64,000 nucleotides of DNA, taken from the NCBI GenBank assembly GCA_963708025.1, contig CAVPSB010000014.1:32001-96000 (forward strand), in the 5' to 3' direction. A program made the translations under genes and the position numbers. This document shows positions 40,540-50,659 of the stretch, one piece after another. The notes beneath the pieces are model-generated. The model was not told the DNA's origin. It searched no databases and worked only from the letters and a program-made list of their open reading frames with translations. The first letter of the stretch is position 1; every line of letters begins with the position of its first letter. The stretch is from an uncultured Candidatus Rokubacteria bacterium (lineage in GTDB: Bacteria > Methylomirabilota > Methylomirabilia > Rokubacteriales > DASRDR01).

Positions 40540-41955
40540 CTACCGGCCCCGGAGGAGTGATGGCCGATACGAATCGGTGACGTGGCGCGCCATTCTCGTG
40601 AAGAGATCGGGGAGCCGGGCGGGCTGGGGCTCGGGGGGAAGGTCGCTCAGCGCGGACTCGAACCACCGGAGATAGGTCTTCTCGATCCGGGCCGAGTCCC
40701 AGTGCTCCCGGGCGTAGCGGGCGGCTTCGGCGCCCAGCCGGTGCCGGAGCGGAGGGTCCGCGAGCAACCGGCGCAGAGCCTCCGCCATGGCCTCGGGATC
40801 CGCGGCGGGGACGAGGAGGCCGCGCTCGCCGTGGGCCACGGTCTCGCCGAGACCGCCGACAGCAGTGGCGACGACCGGGGTCCCGCAGGCCTGAGCCTCG
40901 GCGGCGATGAGGCCCGCGTTCTCCGCCCGGGCCGCGTGGACGTAGACGTCGGCGGCCTGGAGGTACCGGGCCAGCGTCTCCTGGGGCTGAAACGGCAGGA
41001 ATCGGAGCCGCGTGTTGCCCACGACCTGCTCGGGCGCCGCCTCGCCGAGGCCGATGAACAGGATCCGCTGCCGGGGGAGCCACTCCGCCAGGTGACGGAC
41101 GGCCGCCTCGATCGTCGCGGAATCCTTGTAGGGGTTCGAGCGGGCCCGGTAGGCCCCGAAGACGAGGATGCGCGCGTCCTGCGGCAGGCCGAGCGCGGCG
41201 CGCACCGCCTCGCGCTCCGCCGGGCGAAAGGTCCGGCGATCGATGGGACACGGGATCACCTGGAGGTCCTGGATGGCGGGCGCCAGGATGGACCGCGCCA
41301 CGGAATCCCGAAGCCACCGCGTCGGGGTGGCGACGCGAAGACGCACCCCCCCGTAAACGTGCTTCTTGCGAGCCCAGTTCACGTCGCTGGCGTCCCGGGA
41401 GATCGCCGGCGGCAGGGAGAGATCGGGACAGCTCCCGCAGCCCGTCTCCCAGCCCGCACACCCGACGGGATACGCGCAGTGCCCCGTCATCGCCCAGAAG
41501 TCGTGGAGGACCAGGAAGGTCGGGATCTGTCGTGAAAGCGATGCCAGCGCGCGGAGGTCGAAGTAGCCGCCGTGGAGGTTGTGGAGCAGGAGCACGTCGG
41601 GCGGCGAGCCGGTGAGGGTTGGCAGGTGCGTCGTGAACGGAAAGTGGAAGTCCTCGAGGCCCTGCTCGCTGTCTCGGCACTTGGCGCGCCGGAGCTCCTC
41701 CTGGAACCCGGGGCTGGCATACGGCCGGTAGTCGAGATGCGGGCTCGAATGGAAGGGGAGGACGCGCGGATCGGCGGTTCGCTTGTCGCCGACGACGAGC
41801 CAGGACTCGAGGCCGCGGCGCTCGAAGCCCTTGAACAGATTCCAGGCGACCCGCTCGGCTCCGCTGCCCTCGTCCGCCGTGTTCACCGAGACGATCTTGC
41901 GCGCGGTCAGCCGGATCACGCCCCGACGATACCCGACCCGTGGGCGCGGCGCCAA
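40540..41955 (-). CDS. GT4 family glycosyltransferase (WcaC-like); start may be near 41919
   Basis: GAERVA, HNLHGGYF, LHDFWAMTGHCAY, ADVYV, EAQACGTPVVATAVGG. Confidence 0.9.
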   Translation of the reverse strand: MAPRPRVGYRRGVIRLTARKIVSVNTADEGSGAERVAWNLFKGFERRGLESWLVVGDKRTADPRVLPFHSSPHLDYRPYASPGFQEELRRAKCRDSEQGLEDFHFPFTTHLPTLTGSPPDVLLLHNLHGGYFDLRALASLSRQIPTFLVLHDFWAMTGHCAYPVGCAGWETGCGSCPDLSLPPAISRDASDVNWARKKHVYGGVRLRVATPTRWLRDSVARSILAPAIQDLQVIPCPIDRRTFRPAEREAVRAALGLPQDARILVFGAYRARSNPYKDSATIEAAVRHLAEWLPRQRILFIGLGEAAPEQVVGNTRLRFLPFQPQETLARYLQAADVYVHAARAENAGLIAAEAQACGTPVVATAVGGLGETVAHGERGLLVPAADPEAMAEALRRLLADPPLRHRLGAEAARYAREHWDSARIEKTYLRWFESALSDLPPEPQPARLPDLFTRMARHVTDSYRPSLLRGR

Positions 41956-42042
41956 GGAATCGGCGGCGTCTGCTATCTGCTCCCTCGCCCTCCCGGTGCC
42001 GGCGGGCGGGCTGGACCCTGGGGGGGGTCGAGCGGGCGGCGA

Positions 42043-43302
42043 TCAGCCGGAGCTCGGGCCCAGATCGCGCGCCCCGGCGGCGAGGGGCCGAACGGCGAAG
42101 CCGCCGTGGCGGACCAGCTCGAGGAACGTCGCCTCGTCCATGAGATAGAAGCCGTCCGCTGCCCCCGCCGCGGCCCGCACCGCCTCGACGATCTTGCGGA
42201 TCGTGTCGGACTCGGCCGTGAGCCCGTTGGCGAACAGGTGGTAACGGACCGTGTACTCGTTGCACTTGCGTCCGATCGACACGTGCAGCCGGTTGCCGAC
42301 GAGACGCGGAGGATACACCACGCTCTCTTCGAGGACACCCCGGGTCGCCCGCCCATAGACGATCTGCTGGATGTCTTCGGTCTCGGGAATGCAGAACGCG
42401 CGATCGCCGACGACCGGCTTGTGCGTACTGATCGCGACGCCGGTGGCCCGCGCCACGAAATCCGACAGGCTTTTCAGCCGCGTGAGGTCGATCCCGGTGG
42501 AGATCCCCGCGTGCATTGGCAACGCGACGGCGATCTCCTCCAGCGCGAGGAGTCCCGCGAGCTCGCCGAGCCCGTTGACCGTCGTCTGGAGACCCGTGGC
42601 GCCTCCGAGGGCCGCGGCGACGCCGTTCGCCAGCGCCATCGAGGAGTGGTTGTGACAGTGCACTTGCAGCGGTCGGTCGGTCCAGGTCCTCACCTGCTCG
42701 ATCAGGTAGCGGAGGCCATACGGCGAGATGACGCCCCGCGAGTCGGCGATCGTGTACTCGTCGCACGTCGGCTCGACGGCCTCGATGATCTCTCTGAGGA
42801 ACTCGGGCCGGGTGCGGGTCGCATCCATGGCCATGAAGTTGGTGTGGAGTCCGCGCTCCCTGGCGACGCCGGTGAGGTGGCGGCTCTTGGCGAGGACGTC
42901 CCGGCCGCCGATGCCGGCCGGCAGCGAGCGGTCGTTGACCCATACCAGAATCGTGACGCCCCGCAGACCGATTCGAGCGGCGGTCTGGATCTCCTCCTCG
43001 GTCTTCACGAACGCGCCGACCCGGACCGGAAGCCCCAGGGCGACGACCTGTTCGGCCTCGCGCACGTCCTCGGGAGACGGGCGCGGTGAGTTGCCCAGCA
43101 CCGAGATCTCCGCCACCCCGATCTCGGCCAGCCGCCTGGCGATCTCGAGCTTGTTCTCGCGCGAGATGCTGACGCCGGCCATCTCCTCGCCGTCGCCCTC
43201 GAGCGTGAGATCGTGGATGAACGCGGCACCACGCTGGCCCGGCGGGCCCACCTCGTCGGGCAGCCAGTTGTAGGGACTCCCGTATCTCGCGAACTCGGTC
43301 AC
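42043..43302 (-). CDS. DRE-TIM metallolyase (LeuA/homocitrate synthase-like) with altered active site
   Basis: IHDLTL.GDGEE, KLEIARRL, DATR, IADS.G, HCHN, TVNGLGE, KPVVG..AF. Confidence 0.8.
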   Translation of the reverse strand: MTEFARYGSPYNWLPDEVGPPGQRGAAFIHDLTLEGDGEEMAGVSISRENKLEIARRLAEIGVAEISVLGNSPRPSPEDVREAEQVVALGLPVRVGAFVKTEEEIQTAARIGLRGVTILVWVNDRSLPAGIGGRDVLAKSRHLTGVARERGLHTNFMAMDATRTRPEFLREIIEAVEPTCDEYTIADSRGVISPYGLRYLIEQVRTWTDRPLQVHCHNHSSMALANGVAAALGGATGLQTTVNGLGELAGLLALEEIAVALPMHAGISTGIDLTRLKSLSDFVARATGVAISTHKPVVGDRAFCIPETEDIQQIVYGRATRGVLEESVVYPPRLVGNRLHVSIGRKCNEYTVRYHLFANGLTAESDTIRKIVEAVRAAAGAADGFYLMDEATFLELVRHGGFAVRPLAAGARDLGPSSG

Positions 43303-43332
43303 CGATCGATTCCTCGCCCGCGCCCGGCGGTG

Positions 43333-44286
43333 TCAGCGCCCGATCTGTCCGGAATGCGCCATCGCGCCGAGGAGATTCAGGATCAGCCGGCTGGCCAGCA
43401 GGCTCGTCATGTTCTGATGGTCCTTGCCCGGCGCGATCTCGACCATGTCGAAGCCGACGATCCGCCCCTTGGCGGCGATCCCCCGGAGCAGGTTGCTCAC
43501 CTCGTAGTACGTGAGCCCGCCGAACTCGAGCGCGTTGATGCCGGGAGCGATCGCCGGGTCCAGGGCGTCGGTGTCCAGGCTGATGTAGTAGGCGGAGGCG
43601 TCCGGCACCCGCCGGAGGATCTCCTTGACGCCGGCCTCGTGCAGCTCCTCGGCGCGCACCCGGATGCTGCCGAACGCCGCCGCGTCGTCGACCTCCCGCT
43701 GACGGGCGCTGCCCACGCTGCGCAGGCCGATCTGGATCATCGAGGTGACCCAGGGCAGCTCCGACGCCCGGCGCATGGGGCTCGACAGCCCGTCGTGGAT
43801 CCCGTTCACCTCGTCGCGGAAGTCGAGGTGGGCGTCGATGTGGACGACGCAGATCGGCCCCCGGCCTTCGTAGGCGCGGATGATCGGGACCGTGGTCGCG
43901 TGGTCGCCGCCGAGCACGATGGGGACCGCCCCCCGCGCCAGGATCTCCTTCAGCACCGCGGTCCCCATCCGGATGTTGGCGTCGTACTCGCCGGCGGCCT
44001 CGAAGACGTCGCCGCAGTCGGCGATCTGGACCTTCCGGCCCGCGAACAGCTCGGAGCCGAAGTCCATGTCGTAGTGGGTGAGAAAGTTCGGGTAGCGGAG
44101 CGAGGCCTCGCGGATCGCGCTCGGCGCCCAGCTCGAGGGCTGGCGTGACCACTCGAGCGTGTAGGGGACGGTGAACGGGTAGGCGATGATCGCCACGTCG
44201 GCCTGGAGCGCATCCAGGCTGTCGCAGCGGGGCGCGTTGATGAAGCTGGGGCGCCCGATCGGGACCGGCACGGTCTTCGGCTGCAT
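43333..44286 (-). CDS. Ureohydrolase (agmatinase/guanidino hydrolase family)
   Basis: GGDHAT, DAHLD, SLDTDALDPAIAPG, DMVEIAP. Confidence 0.92.
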   Translation of the reverse strand: MQPKTVPVPIGRPSFINAPRCDSLDALQADVAIIAYPFTVPYTLEWSRQPSSWAPSAIREASLRYPNFLTHYDMDFGSELFAGRKVQIADCGDVFEAAGEYDANIRMGTAVLKEILARGAVPIVLGGDHATTVPIIRAYEGRGPICVVHIDAHLDFRDEVNGIHDGLSSPMRRASELPWVTSMIQIGLRSVGSARQREVDDAAAFGSIRVRAEELHEAGVKEILRRVPDASAYYISLDTDALDPAIAPGINALEFGGLTYYEVSNLLRGIAAKGRIVGFDMVEIAPGKDHQNMTSLLASRLILNLLGAMAHSGQIGR

Positions 44287-44356
44287 GGAACTCGGCTCCT
44301 TTCAGCCGGGCGGGCCGGCATGCCCGCCGCGGGGATCGGCTGACGGCTCGGACGGA

Positions 44357-45982
44357 TCAGGTGCGCCGGAGGCGGAGGTTGAAGTTCCGCACCTCGACGA
44401 ACTGGAGGGGATGCGGCGTCCACTCGACGTACTTCTGGAGCCCGTAGTCGTCGTAGGGCTGGAGCACCACGATCCACGGGTTGTGCTCCAGGAAGATCCG
44501 CGTCATCTTCCGGTACGCCTCGTCCCGGAACTTCTCGTCGATGCTGAAGCGCGCGGCCTCGCCCAGCTCGTCGAACTCGGGGTGTCGCCAGTAGTCCTGC
44601 AGGCCGCCCGGCGCCAGGAGCCGCCACATCATCCCGTCGGGATCCGAGAGCGTGGAGGCGGGGTCCGACCACCACAGCCCCTTGAACGAGCGCTCCCGGT
44701 TCTTCTGGGCCCGCACCGAGTACTCGATCACCTCCACGACGGCGTTGACCCCGATGTCCTTCCACATGGCGGCGATCGCCTCGGACGTCGCCTTCTCGTT
44801 GAGGGTGTAGCCGGACGTCTCGATGTAGACGGGCTCTCCCCGGTACCCGGATTTCTTGAGGCGCTCCCTGGCCTCGCGGGGGTCGTACGGGAGCGGCGGC
44901 AGCGAGGGGTCGTAGTGGTTGTCGCTCTTCAGGATCGGCCCGTTGGGGACGGCGGCCCGTCCCCGCCACAGCTCCTTGACGATCGCCTCACGGTCGACCG
45001 CCAGGGACAGGGCCTGCTTCACGAGCGGGTTGTTGAGCGGGGGCACCTTGGAGTTCACGGCCATCACGTAGAGGACCGACGAGAGGGTGGACACCGATCG
45101 GGTGGTCGGGTGCTGGTTCACGCGATCGAGATGGTCGGGGGGCAGGAGCATCATGAGGTCGATCTCGCCCTTCAGGAGCGCCGCGATGCGGGCGGCCGTC
45201 TCCGGGATCGGGCGGAGGACCACGCGGTCGACATCGGGCCGCCCTCCCCAGTAATCGCCGAACGCGTCCAGGACGGTCCGGTCGTCCTTGGTCCACGACA
45301 CGAAGCGGAGCGGTCCGGTCCCGATCGGCTGGGCGTTGAAGGTCTCGGGTCCCACGCGCTCCACGTACCGCTTCGGCACGATCTGCCCCCCGTAGGCGGC
45401 CAGCCGGGCCGGGAGCAGCGGGTCGGGTTTCTTGGTGTGAACCACGAGGGTGTAAGGATCGGGGACGTCCATCCGGTCGACGGTCGTGTACACCGTGGCG
45501 ACCAGCGTCTTGAAGCTGGGATTGTAGGTCCGGTCGATCGAGAACCGCGCATCCTCGGCGGTGAAGGCATCCCCGTTGTGCCACTTGACGCCCTGGCGCA
45601 GCTTGAACTGCCAGGTCGTCGGGGCGACCCGCTTCCACTCCGTCGCGAGACTGGGATAGAGCTTCCCATCGGGGCGACGGGTGATCAGGGTGTCGAAGAT
45701 GTTGAAGGTCACCCGGATCTCGTTCGACGCCGTGCTGAGGTGGGGGTCGAACCTCGCCACGTCACCCACCTGGGCGAAGGTCACGTCGCGCTTCTGTGTG
45801 GTCTGGGCCGCGCTGCCGCGTGGCGCTACCGCGTCCAGGAGGGCCGTCGCCGGCCCGGTGGCCGCGCCGAGTCCCAGCAGCGTCGCGCGCCGGAGGAACT
45901 CCCGGCGGGGGAGCCCCCCGGCACCCAGGGCTTCCGCGAATCCTTCGGCCTCGGTCTCGGGGATGCGTCGAAGGTCAGCCAT
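44357..45982 (-). CDS. Peptide/nickel ABC substrate-binding protein (family 5), Tat signal
   Basis: RREFL; FKLRQGVKWHNG; PIGTGP; VKQALSLAVDR. Confidence 0.92.
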   Translation of the reverse strand: MADLRRIPETEAEGFAEALGAGGLPRREFLRRATLLGLGAATGPATALLDAVAPRGSAAQTTQKRDVTFAQVGDVARFDPHLSTASNEIRVTFNIFDTLITRRPDGKLYPSLATEWKRVAPTTWQFKLRQGVKWHNGDAFTAEDARFSIDRTYNPSFKTLVATVYTTVDRMDVPDPYTLVVHTKKPDPLLPARLAAYGGQIVPKRYVERVGPETFNAQPIGTGPLRFVSWTKDDRTVLDAFGDYWGGRPDVDRVVLRPIPETAARIAALLKGEIDLMMLLPPDHLDRVNQHPTTRSVSTLSSVLYVMAVNSKVPPLNNPLVKQALSLAVDREAIVKELWRGRAAVPNGPILKSDNHYDPSLPPLPYDPREARERLKKSGYRGEPVYIETSGYTLNEKATSEAIAAMWKDIGVNAVVEVIEYSVRAQKNRERSFKGLWWSDPASTLSDPDGMMWRLLAPGGLQDYWRHPEFDELGEAARFSIDEKFRDEAYRKMTRIFLEHNPWIVVLQPYDDYGLQKYVEWTPHPLQFVEVRNFNLRLRRT

Positions 45983-46163
45983 GGCTCAGTCTCCTCCCAC
46001 GGGAAGTCGTCTTCCCATTCTCCTCGTCCCGACTGGCGGCCAGCATATCCCACTCCTGGCACCGCCCGCCACTGCACCGGGCGGCGCGCGCGTTGACGCG
46101 GCTCCGGTGCTGGACTACGCTGGCGTCCGACCCGGCGCGCGCCGGAGAACCGGGGGGCATGCC

Positions 46164-47168
46164 ATGGATGAGCGAGCCTCGCGAAGGGGCGCCGCGACCG
46201 TTCTGGGACTGATTCTCGCGCTCGCGGGGCTCGCGGGCTCACCGGCGGGCGACGTGCGCCCGGCCGCCGCCGCGACGCCGCCCCGGGTCCTGATCGTCGG
46301 GCCACTCGACGGCTACGGCGCGCTGGTGGCCGGCGTCTCGGAGGGGCTCCAGGCGGGCGGCTTCAAGAGCGCGGCCGACATCCAGCTCGACGTGGTGAAC
46401 ACCCGCTCGATGGACGAGGCCCGGGCCGCCATCGCCGGGGCGGTCGGGCGCGGCCTCGACGCCGTCGTCACCGTTTTCGGCCAGGCGACCCAGGCCGCCC
46501 GCGAGGGGGCGCCGGGAGTGCCCATCGTCTTCTGCCCGGTCGCCGATCCCGTCGCGGCCCGGCTGGTGGCCTCGGCCGAGGCTCCCGGAGGGAATCTCAC
46601 GGGTGTCGCCAGCGCCGATGCCGAGGCCAGCCTGCGCCGGCTTCGCGCGTTCCTGCAGGTCGTGCCCGGGCTCCGGCGGCTCGGCGTCCTCTTCGATCCC
46701 GGCTTCCCTCCCGACCGGGTCCAGCTCGCCAACCTGGAGCAGGCCGCGCCGTCTCTCGGGCTGACGATCGCGCGACGCCCGATCGCCGAGGCCGAGGATG
46801 TCCCGCGCGCTCTCGTGGCCCTCGATCAAGAGCACGTCAACGCGGTCTTCGTCCTCCGGGAAGCCTGGCTCCGCCGGTCGGGGACCGAGATCGGCAAGGC
46901 CGCGCTCGCCCACCGGCTGCCGCTCCTGGTCGGCGACCCGGAGCTGGCGATGTTTCCGGGCGTGGTGGCCGCGATCGGGCCGAACCAGGAGCAGATGGGC
47001 CGGATCGCGGGCGAGATGGTGGCGCGGATCCTGAGAGGCGCCCAGCCGGGCAGCCTGCCGGTCGAGCACCCGCCCTTCGATCTGGTCCTCAATCTGAAGT
47101 CGGCGGCGGAGCTCGGTCTCGCCATCCCGGTGGGCGTCATCGCCCGGGCTGCGCGGCTGATCCGCTGA
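46164..47168 (+). CDS. ABC_sub_bind (Trp/Tyr-type) substrate-binding protein
   Basis: Signal peptide; PIVF..VADPV, PGGNLTG, RILRGAQPGSLPVE, LNLKSA..LGL. Confidence 0.88.
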   Translation: MDERASRRGAATVLGLILALAGLAGSPAGDVRPAAAATPPRVLIVGPLDGYGALVAGVSEGLQAGGFKSAADIQLDVVNTRSMDEARAAIAGAVGRGLDAVVTVFGQATQAAREGAPGVPIVFCPVADPVAARLVASAEAPGGNLTGVASADAEASLRRLRAFLQVVPGLRRLGVLFDPGFPPDRVQLANLEQAAPSLGLTIARRPIAEAEDVPRALVALDQEHVNAVFVLREAWLRRSGTEIGKAALAHRLPLLVGDPELAMFPGVVAAIGPNQEQMGRIAGEMVARILRGAQPGSLPVEHPPFDLVLNLKSAAELGLAIPVGVIARAARLIR

Positions 47169-47298
47169 CGAGACCGCCGCCAGGCGGCGCCCGACCTCCA
47201 GCTCCCACCCGGGCCCCCGGTGTCCATCGCCGTGCAGCGGGGTGGCCAGCTCGCCCGTCGCGCGACCCTTCTTTCGGATTGGGCTAAGATACGGCGGG

Positions 47299-47890
47299 AT
47301 GCCGGACGGCCGGGACGAGCAGCCGTGGGAAGTGCTGTCCAAGCGGACGGTCTACCGGGCCGCTTCTCAACGTCGAGCACTGGTCGGTGCGCCTGCCGGA
47401 CGGCAGCGTGATACCCGACTACGAGGTCCTGGACTACCTCGGGGCCGCGGTGGCGATCGTCCCCGTCGGTGACGACGGCCGCGTCCTGCTGATCGACCAC
47501 TACCGGTTCATCACGGGCACCCGCGGCTGGGAGGTGCCGGCCGGCGGGATCGAGGCGGGCGAGTCCGTGGAGGACGCGGCAGCCCGGGAGCTGTACGAGG
47601 AGACGGGCCACCGGGCGTCGGCCTGGCAGCGCCTCGGCGCCTATCACCCGTCGAACGGGTCGAGCAACCAGGTCTTCCACGTCATGCTGGCCCGCCGCCT
47701 CGCCCGCCACTCCGATCCGCTGGACGTGAACGAGACGCTCGGCCTCCGGTGGTTCACGCCGGGGGAGATCCGGCGTCTCGTCGTCGACAACGCGATTCCC
47801 GACGGCCTGACCGTCACCAGCCTGAGCTGGGCGATGGCGGCGGGGCTCATCGGCGAGAAAGGGGAGCGATGGCAGACGACCGACCGCTGA
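47299..47890 (+). CDS. NUDIX hydrolase, ADP-ribose pyrophosphatase-like (frameshift near 47360)
   Basis: PAGGIEAGESVEDAAARELYEETG Nudix box; N-terminal PWEVLSKRTVY lies in another frame. Confidence 0.88.
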
Positions 47891-48702
47891 ACGGCACGGT
47901 GGCGTGGGTGACGGGCTCGTCGCGGGGGCTCGGCCGGGTCATGGCGACGCGCCTCGGCCGGCTCGGCGCCGCCGTGGTCGTGCACGGCACGACGCCGACG
48001 TCGGCCCGCGCCTTCGGCGAGGCCGAGTCGCTCGAGCAGGTGGCCCGCGACGTCGCGGCGGAGACGGGAGGCCGGGTGCTGGCGGTGGCGGCCGACCTGA
48101 CCGATCCGGCCGCGGTGAAGGCCGCGGTCGCCCGGATCCGCGCCGAGCTCGGCCGGATCGACATCCTGGTCAACAACGCCGGTGGCGACATCGGGCCGGC
48201 CGGCGCCACCGGGCCCCGGGGCGGCAAGCCCGAGCGGAACGACTGCGTCTTCATCGCTGTCGAGGACGTGCGGGCGGTGCTCGACCGCAACCTCCTCTCC
48301 TGCATCCTGGTCTGCCGCGAGGTGGCGCCGGAGATGATGGAGCGGCGGTCGGGCCGCATCGTCACCATCGGCAGCGTCGCCGGCCTCGACGGGCGTGCCG
48401 ACGGCGCGATCTATGCCACCGCCAAGGCGGCGGTTCACGAGTACACGCGCTGCCTCGCCGTCCAGCTCCGCCCGTTCAACATTCCCGTCAACTGCGTCGC
48501 GCCCGGCGGCACGATGACGCCCCGCTTCGTGGCCACCGGCCAGGCCCGCCCGGATGTCCTGGCCAAGGGCGAGGTGCTGGAGGGGTACGGCCAGCCGGAG
48601 GACATCGCCGCCGCCGTCGAGTTCTTCGTGACCGAGGCCGGCCGGCACGTCAGCGGGCAGGTCCTGCGCGTGGACGGCGGCGTCCAGACCTGGCCGGCCT
48701 GA
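47869..48702 (+). CDS. SDR family oxidoreductase
   Basis: TGSSRGLG, LVNNAG, YATAK, NCVAPG. Confidence 0.93.
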   Translation: MADDRPLNGTVAWVTGSSRGLGRVMATRLGRLGAAVVVHGTTPTSARAFGEAESLEQVARDVAAETGGRVLAVAADLTDPAAVKAAVARIRAELGRIDILVNNAGGDIGPAGATGPRGGKPERNDCVFIAVEDVRAVLDRNLLSCILVCREVAPEMMERRSGRIVTIGSVAGLDGRADGAIYATAKAAVHEYTRCLAVQLRPFNIPVNCVAPGGTMTPRFVATGQARPDVLAKGEVLEGYGQPEDIAAAVEFFVTEAGRHVSGQVLRVDGGVQTWPA

Positions 48703-48710
48703 ATTTTTTG

Positions 48711-48772
48711 GAACCTCCCGCCTACCCCCCCAGCCCCCCTCCCCCACCCACCGGGGGGGAGGGGGGTGCCGG
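48711..48772 (-). repeat. Dispersed repeat family A, short form
   Basis: ACCTCCCGCCTACCCCCCCAGCCCCCCTCCCCCACCCACCGGGGGGGAGGGGGG; near-identical to 59253-59305. Confidence 0.92.
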
Positions 48773-49612
48773 AACGACGGGCCGGTCGAAGGCCGCCTGC
48801 ACGACGGCGATCCGGCCTTCTTCCAGGTTCCGGACCTGATTGCGGAACATGGCGGCGAAGTCCTCGCCGAGCAGGAGGTGGAGGCCGAGCGCGGGCGGGC
48901 TCGGCGCGGCCGCCACGGCGGCGACCCGCTGCCGGAACCACTCGACGGCCGCCGCCGTCCCGTCAAGCCAGGCCAGCTCGCGGAAGCCGGCCCGGCCGAT
49001 CAGCGCGCGGACCTCGGCGGGCGGCTGGAGGAAGCTGAGCGAGGGCTGCCGCGCCCACGGCACCGGAAAGTGGGCAGGACCGCCGGGGCCGGCCATGATC
49101 TCGTGGAGGGCCAGGCGGCCGCCGGGCCGCAGCACCCGATGGACCTCGGCGTAGAGGCCGGCCTTGTCGTCGACGTTCATCGAGCTGTGCTGGGTCCAGA
49201 CGAGGTCGAAGCGGCCATCCGGGAACGGCATCGCCAGCGCGTCGCCGTGCTCGAACTGCACCCGGTCGGCGAGGCCGGCGCGCCGGGTCAGGTCGGCGCC
49301 CACCCGGCAGTACGCCTCGGTCAGGTCGAGCACGGTCACGTGGCACTCCAACTCGGCCGCCAGGGTGCGAGCCGGTCCGCCCAGCCCGCCGCCGACGTCG
49401 AGGACCCGTGACCCCGGCGCGACCCCGGCCAGCCGCGCCAGCTCGAGCGTGGCGTCCCGGCCGCGCGTGTGGAACTGATCGACCGGCGCCAGGTCGCCGG
49501 GCGTCAGCCGCTCCGGGTCCTTGCCGGCGGCGCGGAGAGCGGCCAGGATGGCGGCGCCCAGCTCCGGGCGCCGGTAGTGCGCGTTCAGCGCCTCGGCGTA
49601 CTCGCGCGACAC
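48722..49612 (-). CDS. Class I SAM-dependent methyltransferase (sarcosine/dimethylglycine N-MTase-like)
   Basis: DQFHTRG..AT, VLDVGGGLGG, GDALAMPF, RVLRPGG, FPVPWA; stop codon lies inside repeat A. Confidence 0.9.
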   Translation of the reverse strand: MSREYAEALNAHYRRPELGAAILAALRAAGKDPERLTPGDLAPVDQFHTRGRDATLELARLAGVAPGSRVLDVGGGLGGPARTLAAELECHVTVLDLTEAYCRVGADLTRRAGLADRVQFEHGDALAMPFPDGRFDLVWTQHSSMNVDDKAGLYAEVHRVLRPGGRLALHEIMAGPGGPAHFPVPWARQPSLSFLQPPAEVRALIGRAGFRELAWLDGTAAAVEWFRQRVAAVAAAPSPPALGLHLLLGEDFAAMFRNQVRNLEEGRIAVVQAAFDRPVVPAPPSPPVGGGGGLGG

Positions 49613-49626
49613 CGCCCCCTCCGGGC

Positions 49627-50595
49627 TCAGTTCACGACGTTCTGGGGGTGGCCTTCCAGGAAGGCGATGACGTTGTCGACCACGCCCGCGCTGAGGAGGT
49701 CCGTGCCCTCGGGCGTCTGATCGGCGTTGTGCGGGGTGAGCACGACCTGCTCGCAGGCGACGATGGGGTGGCCGGCAGGCAGGGGCTCCCGCTCGTAGAC
49801 GTCGAGGCCGGCGCCGCCGAGCCGGCCGCTCCGGAGCGCGTCCACCAGGGCCGCCTGGTCCACGACGGCGCCCCGCCCCGTGTTGATCAGGATGGCGCCG
49901 GGCTTCATCAGCTGAAGCTCGCGGGCGCCGATGAGCCCGGTGCTCTCGGGGGTGAGCTTGAGGTGGAGGCTCACGACATCGGCCGTGCGTAACAGCTCGT
50001 CCAGTGGCACGAAGCGGATGCCGAGCGCGGCTTCCCGCTCGGGCGTGGGGTGGAAGGTCCAGGCGATCACCTCCATCCCGATGGCCCGGCCGAGCCGGGC
50101 CGTCGCGGCGCCGATGTTGCCGGTCCCCACCACCCCGAGGGTCTTGCCCCGCAGGTAGACGTTGTCGCGCACGGTCCAGCGGCCGGCCTTGAGCTCCGCC
50201 GTGTAGAAGGGGGCGCGCTTGGCGACGGCCAGCATGAGGCCGAGCGCGTGCTCGGCGACGATGGGCGCCGTCTTCCCCGGGACGTTGCACACGACGATGC
50301 CCAGCTCGCGGGCCACGCGGAGATCGAAGGCGTCGGTCCCGATGCCACACACGGTGGCCATCCGGAGCCGCGGCAGCGCCCGCAGCAGCTCGGCTGGCCA
50401 CTTCACGGCGCCCCGGGTGTTCATGAGGCAGACCGCATCCTTCGCGCGGGCGAGCTGCTCGTCGACAGTCTTGGGGCGATCGGTGTAGAGGACGACCTCA
50501 CCGTAGGGCTCGAGCCGATCGAGGTGAAGCGAGCCCTGGACCTGGGGCGGGAAGTCGCCAGGCACGACGATCACGATGCGGTCGCTCACGGTCAT
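49627..50595 (-). CDS. D-2-hydroxyacid dehydrogenase (SerA-like)
   Basis: GKTLGVVGTGNIG, INTGRG, LDVYEREP, TPHNA. Confidence 0.92.
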   Translation of the reverse strand: MTVSDRIVIVVPGDFPPQVQGSLHLDRLEPYGEVVLYTDRPKTVDEQLARAKDAVCLMNTRGAVKWPAELLRALPRLRMATVCGIGTDAFDLRVARELGIVVCNVPGKTAPIVAEHALGLMLAVAKRAPFYTAELKAGRWTVRDNVYLRGKTLGVVGTGNIGAATARLGRAIGMEVIAWTFHPTPEREAALGIRFVPLDELLRTADVVSLHLKLTPESTGLIGARELQLMKPGAILINTGRGAVVDQAALVDALRSGRLGGAGLDVYEREPLPAGHPIVACEQVVLTPHNADQTPEGTDLLSAGVVDNVIAFLEGHPQNVVN

Positions 50596-50659
50596 GGCAC
50601 CTCCGGTTCCGTGCTACGCTACCGGGGCATTGTAGTCCATCAGAAAGAGGAGCGAGCGC

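Noticed and set aside
39635-44152. Very long ORFs of 1505 aa, 1369 aa (15607..19716) and similar antisense ORFs
   Set aside because: Shadow frames of high-GC DNA rich in Arg/Pro/Gly; only parts correspond to real genes
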